From: a virus
DNA length: 64,000 bases
Strand: one strand, 5' to 3'
IMG/VR virus record: IMGVR_UViG_3300031972_002122
Location: 32,001 to 96,000 of that record
The notes under the pieces were generated by a model, which saw only the letters and a list, made by a program, of their open reading frames with translations, was not told where the DNA came from and searched no databases. Of this stretch, positions 9,416-18,935 are shown piece by piece; the stretch's first letter is position 1, and each line of letters opens with the position of its first letter. The position numbers were made by a program, and so were the translations under genes.

Positions 9416-9907
9416 ATGGCAAGATTATCACCATCTAGTTATAAACCAATTTTACAATATCACTTCAGTGTGAATTTTACGAAATACCCACTTCAGTTGC
9501 CGTTGCAAAATACTGCAAATTATGCGCGGGGTACCGATTTACCGTCAGCGGATAATAATCCAGTATTGGTTGAGTATGGTAATACCTACATGTATGTGAA
9601 GGGTAAGACTCGATGGAATGCTATTACTATGCAATTTTATTCATTATCAGACCCAGATACGAATAAGCAGATGTGGGATTATTTAGGAGTCCATCAAGAT
9701 TCTGACACGGGAGCTGATAGTTTCAAGGCAGATTATGCTGGTGATGTTGCTATAACCCTATTAAATCCAGACGAAACACCTGTAGGGACATGGACACTAG
9801 TCAATGCGTTCATTTCGAATATTAACTGGGGTAATGTTGATTGGGCATCTGAAGATGTAATTCAGCCTGAGATTACATTTGTGTATGATCATGCGGTCTG
9901 GTCTTGA
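9416..9907 (+). CDS. Tail tube-like protein (gp19-like), copy 3
   Basis: KGKTRWNAIT, PVGTWTLVNAF, WG.VDW, ITFVYD motifs shared with copies 1-2. Confidence 0.85.
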   Translation: MARLSPSSYKPILQYHFSVNFTKYPLQLPLQNTANYARGTDLPSADNNPVLVEYGNTYMYVKGKTRWNAITMQFYSLSDPDTNKQMWDYLGVHQDSDTGADSFKADYAGDVAITLLNPDETPVGTWTLVNAFISNINWGNVDWASEDVIQPEITFVYDHAVWS

Positions 9908-9949
9908 TATAAATTATTTTACATACTTATACAAAAGAGGTAATTAGTT

Positions 9950-10873
9950 ATGACAAACGTTGTTAATCCAATCCCTAACGGGGATGCAAATGAGCGTGCG
10001 ACCGCTGAACAGTCGGTAGCAAATGCTCAGGCTGAAATTCAAAAAAGAATGGACGCGTTGAAATCTGGTGAAGCTACTCCAGAAGAATTTAAGGAAATAC
10101 ATAAGCAGGAAATTGTTGAGGGTAACAAAAAATCAAAATACCCGACACTTATCGTAGACTTGCCTAGTAAGGGATTGTTATACCCCGAAAACGATCCACT
10201 GTCGGCGGGTACCGTGGAGATGAAATATATGACCGCTAAGGAAGAAGATATTTTGACCACTGAATCTTATATTAAGAAAGGTGTGGTTTTGGATAAATTA
10301 TTTCAATCATTAATTATTTCAAAAATCAATTACGATAATATGCTGATCGGTGACCGAGACGCTGTCATGATAGCAGCTAGAATCTACGGGTATGGTGAGG
10401 AGTATACGACCAAAGTCACAAGTCCGTCTGGAAATACGATGACGGTACCTATCGATCTTAACGAGGTTCCACATAAAGAAATAGACGAATCCATGTATGT
10501 GGGGCGGGAGAATAAATTCTTCTATACAACTATGGACGGGACTGAGATTGAATTTAAACTATTGACCAACGGAGACCAGAAAGAAATTCAAGCTAATTTG
10601 AAGAAAGTTAGACGGGGTGACTCACGGGATACGCAACTTACTTCTAGATTGTACCAAATGATACAAGCCATTGGTGGGAACAGAGATCGTAAGTTTATTA
10701 AGACGTGGGTCGAAAATGACTTTAGAGCAATTGATAGTCGGAAGTTTCGAGAGTATGTGAATGAGATACAACCGGGCATCGACATGTCCATCGAAATTAT
10801 CGATGAGGACACGGGGGAGCCCTTTCGTACTAACATTGCCATCGGACTCGACTTTTTTTGGACTAACATTTGA
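9950..10873 (+). CDS. Baseplate hub / tail assembly chaperone (gp26-like)
   Basis: LPSKGLLYP, MKYMTAKEEDIL, IGDRDAVMIAARIYGYG, PGID, ends GLDFFW; upstream of tape measure. Confidence 0.8.
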   Translation: MTNVVNPIPNGDANERATAEQSVANAQAEIQKRMDALKSGEATPEEFKEIHKQEIVEGNKKSKYPTLIVDLPSKGLLYPENDPLSAGTVEMKYMTAKEEDILTTESYIKKGVVLDKLFQSLIISKINYDNMLIGDRDAVMIAARIYGYGEEYTTKVTSPSGNTMTVPIDLNEVPHKEIDESMYVGRENKFFYTTMDGTEIEFKLLTNGDQKEIQANLKKVRRGDSRDTQLTSRLYQMIQAIGGNRDRKFIKTWVENDFRAIDSRKFREYVNEIQPGIDMSIEIIDEDTGEPFRTNIAIGLDFFWTNI

Positions 10874-11063
10874 GTATAACCAACGAGTCTACGACCAGAT
10901 ATTTGACATAGCATTTTACGGTCAGGGTGGAATGACGTACGATGAGGTATTTAATATGCCAGTTAATTTACGGTCGTATTACTACGCTAAACTTGCGGAT
11001 ATAATGGAGTCTAGGCGTAAAGATGCAGAGCAAGCGAAAAACAATGCGGGACGCAAACGATGA
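10860..11063 (+). CDS. Chaperone C-terminal extension (gp51/GT-like), probably reached by ribosomal frameshift
   Basis: +1 frame relative to 9950 gene opens across the T7 run; GLT..Y...YDQIF......GG.TY.EVFNMP..LR.YY pattern with no suitable start ahead of it. Confidence 0.6.
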   Translation, partial: GLTFEYNQRVYDQIFDIAFYGQGGMTYDEVFNMPVNLRSYYYAKLADIMESRRKDAEQAKNNAGRKR

Positions 11064-11079
11064 TGTTTGTCGTCCCGTT
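11046..11079 (+). terminator. Hairpin over stop codon, possible terminator/attenuator
   Basis: CGGGACGCAAAC...GTTTGTCGTCCCG inverted repeat; weak U tail. Confidence 0.45.
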
Positions 11080-11104
11080 AATATTTATTATAAAGGACAT
11101 TACA

Positions 11105-11368
11105 ATGGCTGATAAAATTAAAGTATATACCGAGGGTGTTTTCTCGTCAATTCTTAAGATGATTGGTGGTGGGAAGTTTCGAAAGGAAATGAGAAAGATA
11201 GAGAAGATGGCTAAAGACGATCCAGAGTTACAGGCATCGATAGAATCCGTTGCCAATCAAAATAAAGAACTACAACGTAGAATAAAGAATTTCTGCAAGC
11301 GAAATCCTCACCACGATATCTGTACAGGGAAGGGTGGGAAGTCTAAATTGATAGATGTGGAATATTAA
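11105..11368 (+). CDS. Hypothetical protein upstream of tape measure
   Basis: Start at ATG 11105 after ATATTTATT (11081-11089) and AAAGGA RBS. Confidence 0.75.
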   Translation: MADKIKVYTEGVFSSILKMIGGGKFRKEMRKIEKMAKDDPELQASIESVANQNKELQRRIKNFCKRNPHHDICTGKGGKSKLIDVEY

Positions 11369-11383
11369 ATAGGAGTATAAATT

Positions 11384-14300
11384 TTGGCACTCGACCCGAA
11401 AACTGTAGCAGAACTTAATAGAATTATCAAGATACTTGCCTCAACTGGTAGTGAGGTTGGTAATAAGTCTCGTGAACTAGTCACGTTGATGTACGCAATC
11501 CAACAGGGATTTGTTGACGTCGGCGACAAGATGGATCAGGTATTATCTGATGTTGCTAGTGGTAAGTTTGAGAAAAAGAACTTCACGGCGTATGTTAAGA
11601 CGTTGGGTGTCACGAAAAAACAGTTAGTAGCTATCAGAAACATCCACGCAGAGGTTGGGAAGTTGACTGATGACCAGATTATAAAAGCTCGGGACTATGG
11701 TAGAATTCTCGATGATATAAACTCTAGCGATCGTGAGCGATATGATCTAACCACACTTACGTTAAGTGCGTTCGACAACATGAATTCCCAATTGAAGCAA
11801 CAACGTAAACTGGTCGATTCGATTGGTATCTCGTTCGGGGACAACGCTGGCTTGATTAATAAACAAATAAAGAAACATAAAGAACTGAGTAATGTGTTTC
11901 AGAACGAATTCCTACCAACTAAAGAGATTGAAGATCATTTATCAACTATAAATGACGTTGTTGATAATATTACTGGTAATAAATTTACACTAGAGGGGAT
12001 CGGGACTGTATCACCAGACGAAGCAATTAACGTTTTAGGTACTATATCTGATGAGCAACTTAGATTACTTCAAGTTGAGGCAGATGTTCGTAAGAAAAAA
12101 TTAAAAGAGTTTGCTGCTTATGCTTCGGGAAAAACTATTGATATTAAAACTGGTGAGATTTTCGGAAAAGATAAATTTAAAGCACTAAGTGGTGCTGCGT
12201 TGGCGAGTACTGACAAGATGCTCGAAAAGATGACAGCTAACTATGAGTCGATCGTTGAGCAAGCAATTGAACATGGTAGCCTGACAGAAGAGTTATTGGA
12301 TGGGTTGACGGATATTGAGAAAGAAGCTGTTAAGCACTTATACGTCATAACCGACGCCAATCAGATATATGAGAAGCAGTTAGAATTAACGAAAGAGAAT
12401 GCCAAGCATTTACTGAAATTCAGACCAGCACTAAGTGCTGCCGAGGATGCTTCGCGTGGGTTTGCTAACAGTTTAAAGGGTGCACTGGATGTTATTCCAA
12501 AGGGATTGCAAAAAATATTAGGTATAGAAAATGCTGTAGCTGACGTGGAAGCGTCTGGTAAAAAGGCTATTGGAGTATTCAAATCGAAGTTGATAGAAAC
12601 TGGTAGTGCTTCAGAAGCTGTCGGTGCGTCGATTAAAGCTTGGGGTAGAGGTATTAGTAGCTCCGTTGGATTCCTAGGTGGATTCGTAATACTATTAGGT
12701 GGATTATTTAAGTTAACTTCATCCATAGAGGGAAAATACAAAGATTTAGCACATCATCTTCACATATCTACAGGACAGGCTAAAGAGCTATATGCGGCTA
12801 ATTTGAAATTGGTAGCATCACAGAAGAACCAATTCTTGACGCTAAAGGACATATCAGACGTTCAGGCGGCTTATGTGCATGCGACTGGGCAAGTATTCGA
12901 TTTAACAGAGAAGGGCGGTCAGAAGCTCGCTATGAGCCTCGGTGAAATGGGTAAAGCGTTTGGGTATGGTGCCGAAACTGCCGTGGAAATATATGAAGTG
13001 TTCTCACAACTAGGTGCTGATAAGAAATTAGCGAATAAATTGCAGGCAGAATTGGGATTCATGAGTGAGATGGCAGGGCTATCTCCAAATATTATAGCAC
13101 ATGATCTTATAGAGTCTGCCGATATTGTAGCTACCTATTTTGGCGGAATGCCAGAAGCTGCTGGTAGAGCGGCTATCGAGGTACGTCGAATGGGTATGAA
13201 CCTGAAAACGGCTGGTGAGATATCTAGGAAGATGACACATGGGATGGAAGGGTTCATGACTGATATGTTTGAACTCGCAGCTATGGGTGGCCCAGACCTC
13301 TCCGCGGCGTTCGAACTCGGAGTCCGTGGCGATATCGAAGGGATGACAAAAGCTATTATGGAAAGTATCGGATCGTTAAGTGAATTTAACGATATGGACT
13401 TTTTACAAAAAGAAAAAATAGCAGCAACATTGGGAATGACTTCAGCCGAACTTGGTAAATCACTCATGTTGCGTGAAAAAATGGCTGGTATGAGTAAGAC
13501 TGAGCAGGATATTGTAAACTCTAATTTAGCATCGTTCGGTAATATAGCTGATATGGATCAGCAAGCAATTCGAGATAGAATAGCACAAGTTGAATCAACT
13601 CAGCGGCTGACAGTTGCGTGGGACAAAATTAAGGCGGTGTTTATTAAAGCTTTACTCCCAGCGGTTGAATCATTCGCTGATATGTTGACTGGAGCAGCAC
13701 CCGCAATCAATGCTATAATATGGGGGTTAGGTATTGTAGCCAAATTGGTGAAGGGTATATCGTGGTTTGTGGGTGGTATGTTAACTCCATTTAAAACAAT
13801 ATCTGGTATAGTTGACGGAACAACCGAAGGGTTGGAAGGCGTATTAAAAACATTAGGATCGATATTTATAGCATGGAAACTTTTAATAAAGCCTGCCTTC
13901 AAGTTCGTTAGACTTCTTAGAAATGGGAAAGGTATAATTAAATCAATGGGTGCATTCACGAAACCACTAGGTAGTATATTTTCTAAGATAATACCTAAAG
14001 GTTTCATGAAATCACTGGGCGGTATAAAATCCAAAGTTGGTGAATTATTATCAATGTCGGGTGGTAAGGGTGGCGGTGTGTCTGGGACTGTAACTGAGAC
14101 ATTGGCTGGGACTGTAACTGAGAAAGTCAAGGGTGGTAAGGCGAGTGGTATGGTTCCCGAGGTAGATTTACCCAAAGCTACTAGGGGGGCGGATAAAGTT
14201 AAATCTGGAATGGGTGACAACTTACGTAATTTCTTCAGTGGGTTGGGTGATGGATTAAAATCTATGAGTGGCACTAAAGTATTATCTGGCGCACTCAATC

Positions 14301-15460
14301 TAATCCCAGCATCGATTGGACTTGTGACAATGATACCCGGTGTCGTTGGTGCCAAACTAATATCAATGATAGATGGGGGTAGGTTAGAAAGTGGTCTCGC
14401 TGGAATGGCTAAGGGTTTGAGTGTGATGGGTAAAGGTAAAGTATTAGTTGGAAGTTTAGCACTGATAGCTGCCAGTGTCGGGTTTATAGCAATGATTCCT
14501 GCATCGATTGGTATGGCATTGTTGGGTGCTACAGCTCCATTAGCTGCCGCTGGGTTGGCTGTATTGGGACCGGCAATTGCAACATTCGGTGGGATTATGA
14601 TGTCTGGGGCTGGTGCCGTTGGATTGATAGCATTTGTTGCTGCTGCTATAGGATTGGGATATGCATTAAAATTAGCAGCTCCAGCGATCGCAGCATTTAT
14701 TCCAATAGTGGAGACATTTGGTACCATCATTCGCGCTGCATTTGATGGTCTAGGTACGGTTATAACTTCGATTGCAACTGGATTTGCAACTATGATGAAA
14801 GCTGTTACTATGGAACGTGTGGTAGCTATGACTGCGATGGGGCCAGCACTTATGAGTGCTGCCGCTGGTATTTTAGCAATTTCTGCGGCTATGGCTGGTG
14901 GATCGATAGCATCATTTTTCGGTGGTCGAGTATTAGATGATTTGGAATCATTGGCATCTATCGCAAATCCATTAGGTATAGCATCTAAAGCAATCGCATT
15001 ATTAGGTGAATCAATTAGACATTTAACTGAGGCATTAGCTGCAGCAGACTTCACTAAGCTGAGTGAATTCGAAAAACTTAAGGGAATAGCTGAGAATGTT
15101 GGTATTGGATTCAAAATGCGTGGTGGGGATGCTGGTGTAATACAACCCCCATCGTCAGAGTCTACAGCACAAAACGTGGCGGTGGCAGAACCACCAGCAC
15201 CAGAAACTACCGCACAGAATGTAGTTATTAAAGAGGTACCAGTATCGACAACTCAAGAATCGAGCACTACACTCGATCCAATACAACAAGCTGTTTCTGG
15301 GTTTGGGAGTGGTGGTAGTACTAAAAAGATTGAGTTGTTACTTGGTCAATTGATAAATGAGATGCGTGGGTTGAATCAACGACCGATTGTTGTTGATTTT
15401 GGTGATGGGACGTTGAAGACCTTAAACCAGAAGATGAAAGGAATGAATAATAATAGGTAA
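11384..15460 (+). CDS. Tape measure protein
   Basis: 1358 aa, helical, Ala/Gly/Leu-rich periodic C-terminal half; sits between chaperone and baseplate genes; TTG start with AGGAG RBS. Confidence 0.9.
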   Translation: MALDPKTVAELNRIIKILASTGSEVGNKSRELVTLMYAIQQGFVDVGDKMDQVLSDVASGKFEKKNFTAYVKTLGVTKKQLVAIRNIHAEVGKLTDDQIIKARDYGRILDDINSSDRERYDLTTLTLSAFDNMNSQLKQQRKLVDSIGISFGDNAGLINKQIKKHKELSNVFQNEFLPTKEIEDHLSTINDVVDNITGNKFTLEGIGTVSPDEAINVLGTISDEQLRLLQVEADVRKKKLKEFAAYASGKTIDIKTGEIFGKDKFKALSGAALASTDKMLEKMTANYESIVEQAIEHGSLTEELLDGLTDIEKEAVKHLYVITDANQIYEKQLELTKENAKHLLKFRPALSAAEDASRGFANSLKGALDVIPKGLQKILGIENAVADVEASGKKAIGVFKSKLIETGSASEAVGASIKAWGRGISSSVGFLGGFVILLGGLFKLTSSIEGKYKDLAHHLHISTGQAKELYAANLKLVASQKNQFLTLKDISDVQAAYVHATGQVFDLTEKGGQKLAMSLGEMGKAFGYGAETAVEIYEVFSQLGADKKLANKLQAELGFMSEMAGLSPNIIAHDLIESADIVATYFGGMPEAAGRAAIEVRRMGMNLKTAGEISRKMTHGMEGFMTDMFELAAMGGPDLSAAFELGVRGDIEGMTKAIMESIGSLSEFNDMDFLQKEKIAATLGMTSAELGKSLMLREKMAGMSKTEQDIVNSNLASFGNIADMDQQAIRDRIAQVESTQRLTVAWDKIKAVFIKALLPAVESFADMLTGAAPAINAIIWGLGIVAKLVKGISWFVGGMLTPFKTISGIVDGTTEGLEGVLKTLGSIFIAWKLLIKPAFKFVRLLRNGKGIIKSMGAFTKPLGSIFSKIIPKGFMKSLGGIKSKVGELLSMSGGKGGGVSGTVTETLAGTVTEKVKGGKASGMVPEVDLPKATRGADKVKSGMGDNLRNFFSGLGDGLKSMSGTKVLSGALNLIPASIGLVTMIPGVVGAKLISMIDGGRLESGLAGMAKGLSVMGKGKVLVGSLALIAASVGFIAMIPASIGMALLGATAPLAAAGLAVLGPAIATFGGIMMSGAGAVGLIAFVAAAIGLGYALKLAAPAIAAFIPIVETFGTIIRAAFDGLGTVITSIATGFATMMKAVTMERVVAMTAMGPALMSAAAGILAISAAMAGGSIASFFGGRVLDDLESLASIANPLGIASKAIALLGESIRHLTEALAAADFTKLSEFEKLKGIAENVGIGFKMRGGDAGVIQPPSSESTAQNVAVAEPPAPETTAQNVVIKEVPVSTTQESSTTLDPIQQAVSGFGSGGSTKKIELLLGQLINEMRGLNQRPIVVDFGDGTLKTLNQKMKGMNNNR

Positions 15461-15465
15461 TTTTT

Positions 15466-15996
15466 ATGCCAAGACCTAGAGGTGGATTAGGATCGGAATT
15501 GTTTTACTTTAGACCAGCGTTGCCCGGGAAGGGGCTTCAGCCTAAGATATCATTTGATGCTCATATCACTGGTTTGACGGACTCTAGTAGCCCGGGGTGG
15601 GGTGAAAGTTATGACATGGGTCGACCCGATCCAGTCATGACATATGGTAATATGTCTAGAAATATTAATATATCGTTCATAGTAACTTCAGTTTCTAAAG
15701 AAGAGCAGACAATAAATTACTTGAAACTTAGAAACTTAGCTAATTTAACTTACCCAATATATGAGCAGGGTAAGGGGTATAACGCTCCACATGTGTATTA
15801 CGGTGTTGGGTTTCACTTGAAAGGGTATGGTATTCTCACGTCAATTGATTTTACGTGGGACGGTCAACAGCCGTGGACTGGAACTCCGCCTAGACCATTA
15901 TTTACGGACGTTACATTAAATATTCGTGTACTTGGTGATGATGCTGGGCAGCGACCAGAGTATCTTAATGGTGATTATAATTATTTTGGGGATTAA
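15466..15996 (+). CDS. Baseplate tail-tube initiator-like protein
   Basis: F.AHIT.LTD..S..W.....GRPDPV.TY....R.I..SF, L..LTYP.Y motifs; follows tape measure. Confidence 0.65.
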   Translation: MPRPRGGLGSELFYFRPALPGKGLQPKISFDAHITGLTDSSSPGWGESYDMGRPDPVMTYGNMSRNINISFIVTSVSKEEQTINYLKLRNLANLTYPIYEQGKGYNAPHVYYGVGFHLKGYGILTSIDFTWDGQQPWTGTPPRPLFTDVTLNIRVLGDDAGQRPEYLNGDYNYFGD

Positions 15997-15998
15997 TA

Positions 15999-16307
15999 AT
16001 GCAGAGATACGAGAAATATGCAAACATAATAAAAACCGAGACGCAGCGAAAGCGTAGATACAGTACTATGTACTACCCATCTATTGAACGAAAGACTTCG
16101 GATATATACATAATTACTAGAAATAACGATCGGCTAGATTTACTTGCTAATAATTATTATGGTGATCCTAGATTGTGGGTTATTTTGGCGAAAGCTAACA
16201 AATTACATGCTGGGACGCTTAGGATACCAGCGGGTAGTCGACTGCGAATACCATACCCGTTAGATCGTGGTGATGTATTCAAACAATTTACAGATAAACA
16301 ATTTTAA
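15999..16307 (+). CDS. LysM-domain baseplate wedge protein (gp53-like)
   Basis: DRLDLLANNYYGDPRLWVILAKAN...G..LRIP. Confidence 0.85.
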   Translation: MQRYEKYANIIKTETQRKRRYSTMYYPSIERKTSDIYIITRNNDRLDLLANNYYGDPRLWVILAKANKLHAGTLRIPAGSRLRIPYPLDRGDVFKQFTDKQF

Positions 16308-16312
16308 AAGTT

Positions 16313-18352
16313 ATGGCAGAATCTTTATACAGACGTAGTCCTAAAGATATTTTCACTAAGACTGTTCAAGGTAGGTCTAAATTACTGAACGAGGCTCAAA
16401 CTATTGGTGGTAAATCAATTCAGATGGTTAACCCAGCGTGGATACAGATAACTGGTGTTTGTAACATGTGTAGTGGTAAGGTTGAAGCGATGACACTGCC
16501 TAAAGAAAAGGGAAATTGGGACGATCTGTATAAGATCAATGGACTCAAACCATCTCCAATACTTGAGAATGTAACGATAACGTATGGTGGTGATTGGGGA
16601 CTAGCACAAAAACTTACGGCAAATATAAAATGTTTTGATTTGGACACGTTCGATGCTGTTCGAAAAGCATTCTTAATGCCCGGTAACGAGATTTCCGCTG
16701 AATTTGGATACTCAACGTCTAATCAGTGGAATTCGCCAGAGCAAGAACATAATACTGTTGTTGGATTTAGAGTAGCGGTATTTTCATTTTCTGCTGGCGA
16801 CGATGGGACTTGGATTGGGTCATTCACTGCAGTATCTTCGGCGGAGGCTATAAAATCTATAGACTTGATGCAGGGGTTGTCCGACGATGGGTTAAAGTAT
16901 GACGTTGCTGGGAATATGGAGTCTAAGGAGCGGGTTGAAGTTAAGTCAATTGCGGAATTAGTAGCGTCAGATGCTCAACGTAATGGTTCTGAAAGTTTGA
17001 ACCGTGTAACTGATAGCAAAAGCGGATACGTTATCAGTGATTTTGCCAAATATGACCCTACCGACAGGGATACCATGCAAGCTTCTATGGTTTTGTATAC
17101 ATCGAAGCATTTATATCAGTGGGGTAAAATTAGTGAAGCAGGGGCTTCTATTAGAAGGTATTGGAAACGGTACTGGAATACGTGGGATGAGGCTGAGCAT
17201 ACAATTCATCAAGTGTATGTTACCTTGGGTTATATAGTCGATAGAGTTATAAACGACAAAATAAAAAAATCAGTCGAGTCGGCGATTCTTGGTGATGATC
17301 TTGAAAAATTTAAAAAGTTAAAAATCAGATTTCATAAAGAATTCTCACAGTCTAGGCTTCCACCGCTTGTAGAATCTGGTGATCCACTTTCTGTATTAAT
17401 ATTGGGTGACGGTGTTGGGTATTTTAAGGGAGAGAATGGTCGGGAGATGAGTTTCAATCACCTTAGAGGGCAGGATGAGGGAAAGCAGGAGCATGTTAGA
17501 GCACTCACTGGGTTGGATTTAAGGCTAGATAAAATACTTATCCATCGGGATGTGATGATGGGTGCACTTGGGGATGCTACTGATGAGAAGGTAAATGAGT
17601 CCGAGACAGTTGATCCGAAGGATACACAAGATACCGTCATCAATTTGAATGATTTCTTTAAAAAAATATTTAGCATAATAAAGGAATGTACGGGTGGTGC
17701 CCTAGCACTTAGACTTGTATACGATCCAGATGACGAATCTCGGGAGACGTTATTAGTAGTCGATCAGAACTATGGTGGAGATTCTGAAATTCCTTGCTTT
17801 ATTTTTAATCCAATCGACGGTGATGGGTCGACAATTTCGTGTAACATATCATCGAATGGTGGGTCGGGAGAATATCGAACTTCGATGTATTTAGCTAACT
17901 CTAAGAAGGGTGACGTTGCAGCTCGTATGCGTAATTGTGAACCAGAACTAGATGATGGTCGAAAAGTTAAGCGTGGTAAGGCTGAAGATCGTTATGGGGA
18001 AATTGTGTTATCACCGGGTCACATGCTATCGTACAGTTTCAGCGAAAAACAAATAGATGCACTGAAGGGTGTGATGGTAGACTTAACTAGATATTCGGGA
18101 AAGGCTCATGAACCGTTCGAGAATGTACACTGGCCGGGTATGACAATTGAATTAAAAATACATGGAGCGTGGGGTATTATACCGGGATGCGCTATAATGA
18201 CAACACAGGCACCCGTGGAATGGAGAGTCGGTGGGAAGAATATATATTTCATGGTTACTGAAGTTACTCATAATTTTAATCAATCGGTATGGACTACGGA
18301 TATCCGAGGGATCATGTCATTTTACGATAACCTAACAGAAGTAAAATTATAA
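16313..18352 (+). CDS. Baseplate hub-like structural protein
   Basis: 679 aa; C-terminal IELKIHG..GI.PG...FMVTEVTH.F....WTT.I.G typical of hub proteins; synteny. Confidence 0.6.
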   Translation: MAESLYRRSPKDIFTKTVQGRSKLLNEAQTIGGKSIQMVNPAWIQITGVCNMCSGKVEAMTLPKEKGNWDDLYKINGLKPSPILENVTITYGGDWGLAQKLTANIKCFDLDTFDAVRKAFLMPGNEISAEFGYSTSNQWNSPEQEHNTVVGFRVAVFSFSAGDDGTWIGSFTAVSSAEAIKSIDLMQGLSDDGLKYDVAGNMESKERVEVKSIAELVASDAQRNGSESLNRVTDSKSGYVISDFAKYDPTDRDTMQASMVLYTSKHLYQWGKISEAGASIRRYWKRYWNTWDEAEHTIHQVYVTLGYIVDRVINDKIKKSVESAILGDDLEKFKKLKIRFHKEFSQSRLPPLVESGDPLSVLILGDGVGYFKGENGREMSFNHLRGQDEGKQEHVRALTGLDLRLDKILIHRDVMMGALGDATDEKVNESETVDPKDTQDTVINLNDFFKKIFSIIKECTGGALALRLVYDPDDESRETLLVVDQNYGGDSEIPCFIFNPIDGDGSTISCNISSNGGSGEYRTSMYLANSKKGDVAARMRNCEPELDDGRKVKRGKAEDRYGEIVLSPGHMLSYSFSEKQIDALKGVMVDLTRYSGKAHEPFENVHWPGMTIELKIHGAWGIIPGCAIMTTQAPVEWRVGGKNIYFMVTEVTHNFNQSVWTTDIRGIMSFYDNLTEVKL

Positions 18353-18918
18353 TGCCACTTAAAAGACCATATTACGCACTACATCAAATTGTATCTGGTA
18401 AATATACTGCTGGAAACGAATTCGTATTATCCGATGGTAGCGATTATATAGGGTCGTACCATATTTTACCAAACACTCAGGTATTTACAATGCCTATTCC
18501 TAAACTTGATAGTGAGGAATTGTTTGCGAAACGAACTGACATCAGTGAGGTGGTGAAGCGATACAATCTGATAACTCAGCAGGACGCTAGTCGTTACGTT
18601 TCCCCTATATCACAGCAACCGATGCCGTCGACTGATGATTATGAATTTGGTGAGATACAACGATTTTTTGTACAGAAACGAAACAATCCTAGAATAACGA
18701 TTATGGAAATCGATGAGCCGCAGTTCAATAAAATCAATCAGACCAATGATCCGGGAATCAACGGCGTAATATGGAACAGCATACTAATACCGTGGGTTAT
18801 ATCTAAAATTCCACCAGAGGATGCTAGCATTATAAATCAACGATCACTAATTACCGCCGAGCGATCGTTTAGATGGATCAGTCGTTATGTTTCAAATTTC
18901 TTGGAATTCTACAAATAA
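18352..18918 (+). CDS. Hypothetical (baseplate-associated) protein
   Basis: Coupled TAATG to hub gene; YTAGNEF....G..Y.G.YH and P...DY..G...RFF..K.N motifs. Confidence 0.6.
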   Translation: MPLKRPYYALHQIVSGKYTAGNEFVLSDGSDYIGSYHILPNTQVFTMPIPKLDSEELFAKRTDISEVVKRYNLITQQDASRYVSPISQQPMPSTDDYEFGEIQRFFVQKRNNPRITIMEIDEPQFNKINQTNDPGINGVIWNSILIPWVISKIPPEDASIINQRSLITAERSFRWISRYVSNFLEFYK

Positions 18919-18935
18919 TTTTGCATTTTTGCTAG

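Noticed and set aside
10761-10859. ATG 10761 as start of the 100-aa ORF
   Set aside because: Lies inside the chaperone gene and its first ~30 residues look like off-frame sequence; frameshift or a later start is more plausible
14082-14123. 18-nt direct repeat CTGGGACTGTAACTGAGA x2
   Set aside because: In-frame micro-duplication (GTVTE x2) in a tape-measure linker; not an att site or array
13600-15114. 504-aa minus-strand ORF
   Set aside because: Entirely antisense to the Ala/Gly-rich part of the tape measure; low-complexity P/A/I/N product is the expected codon-bias shadow
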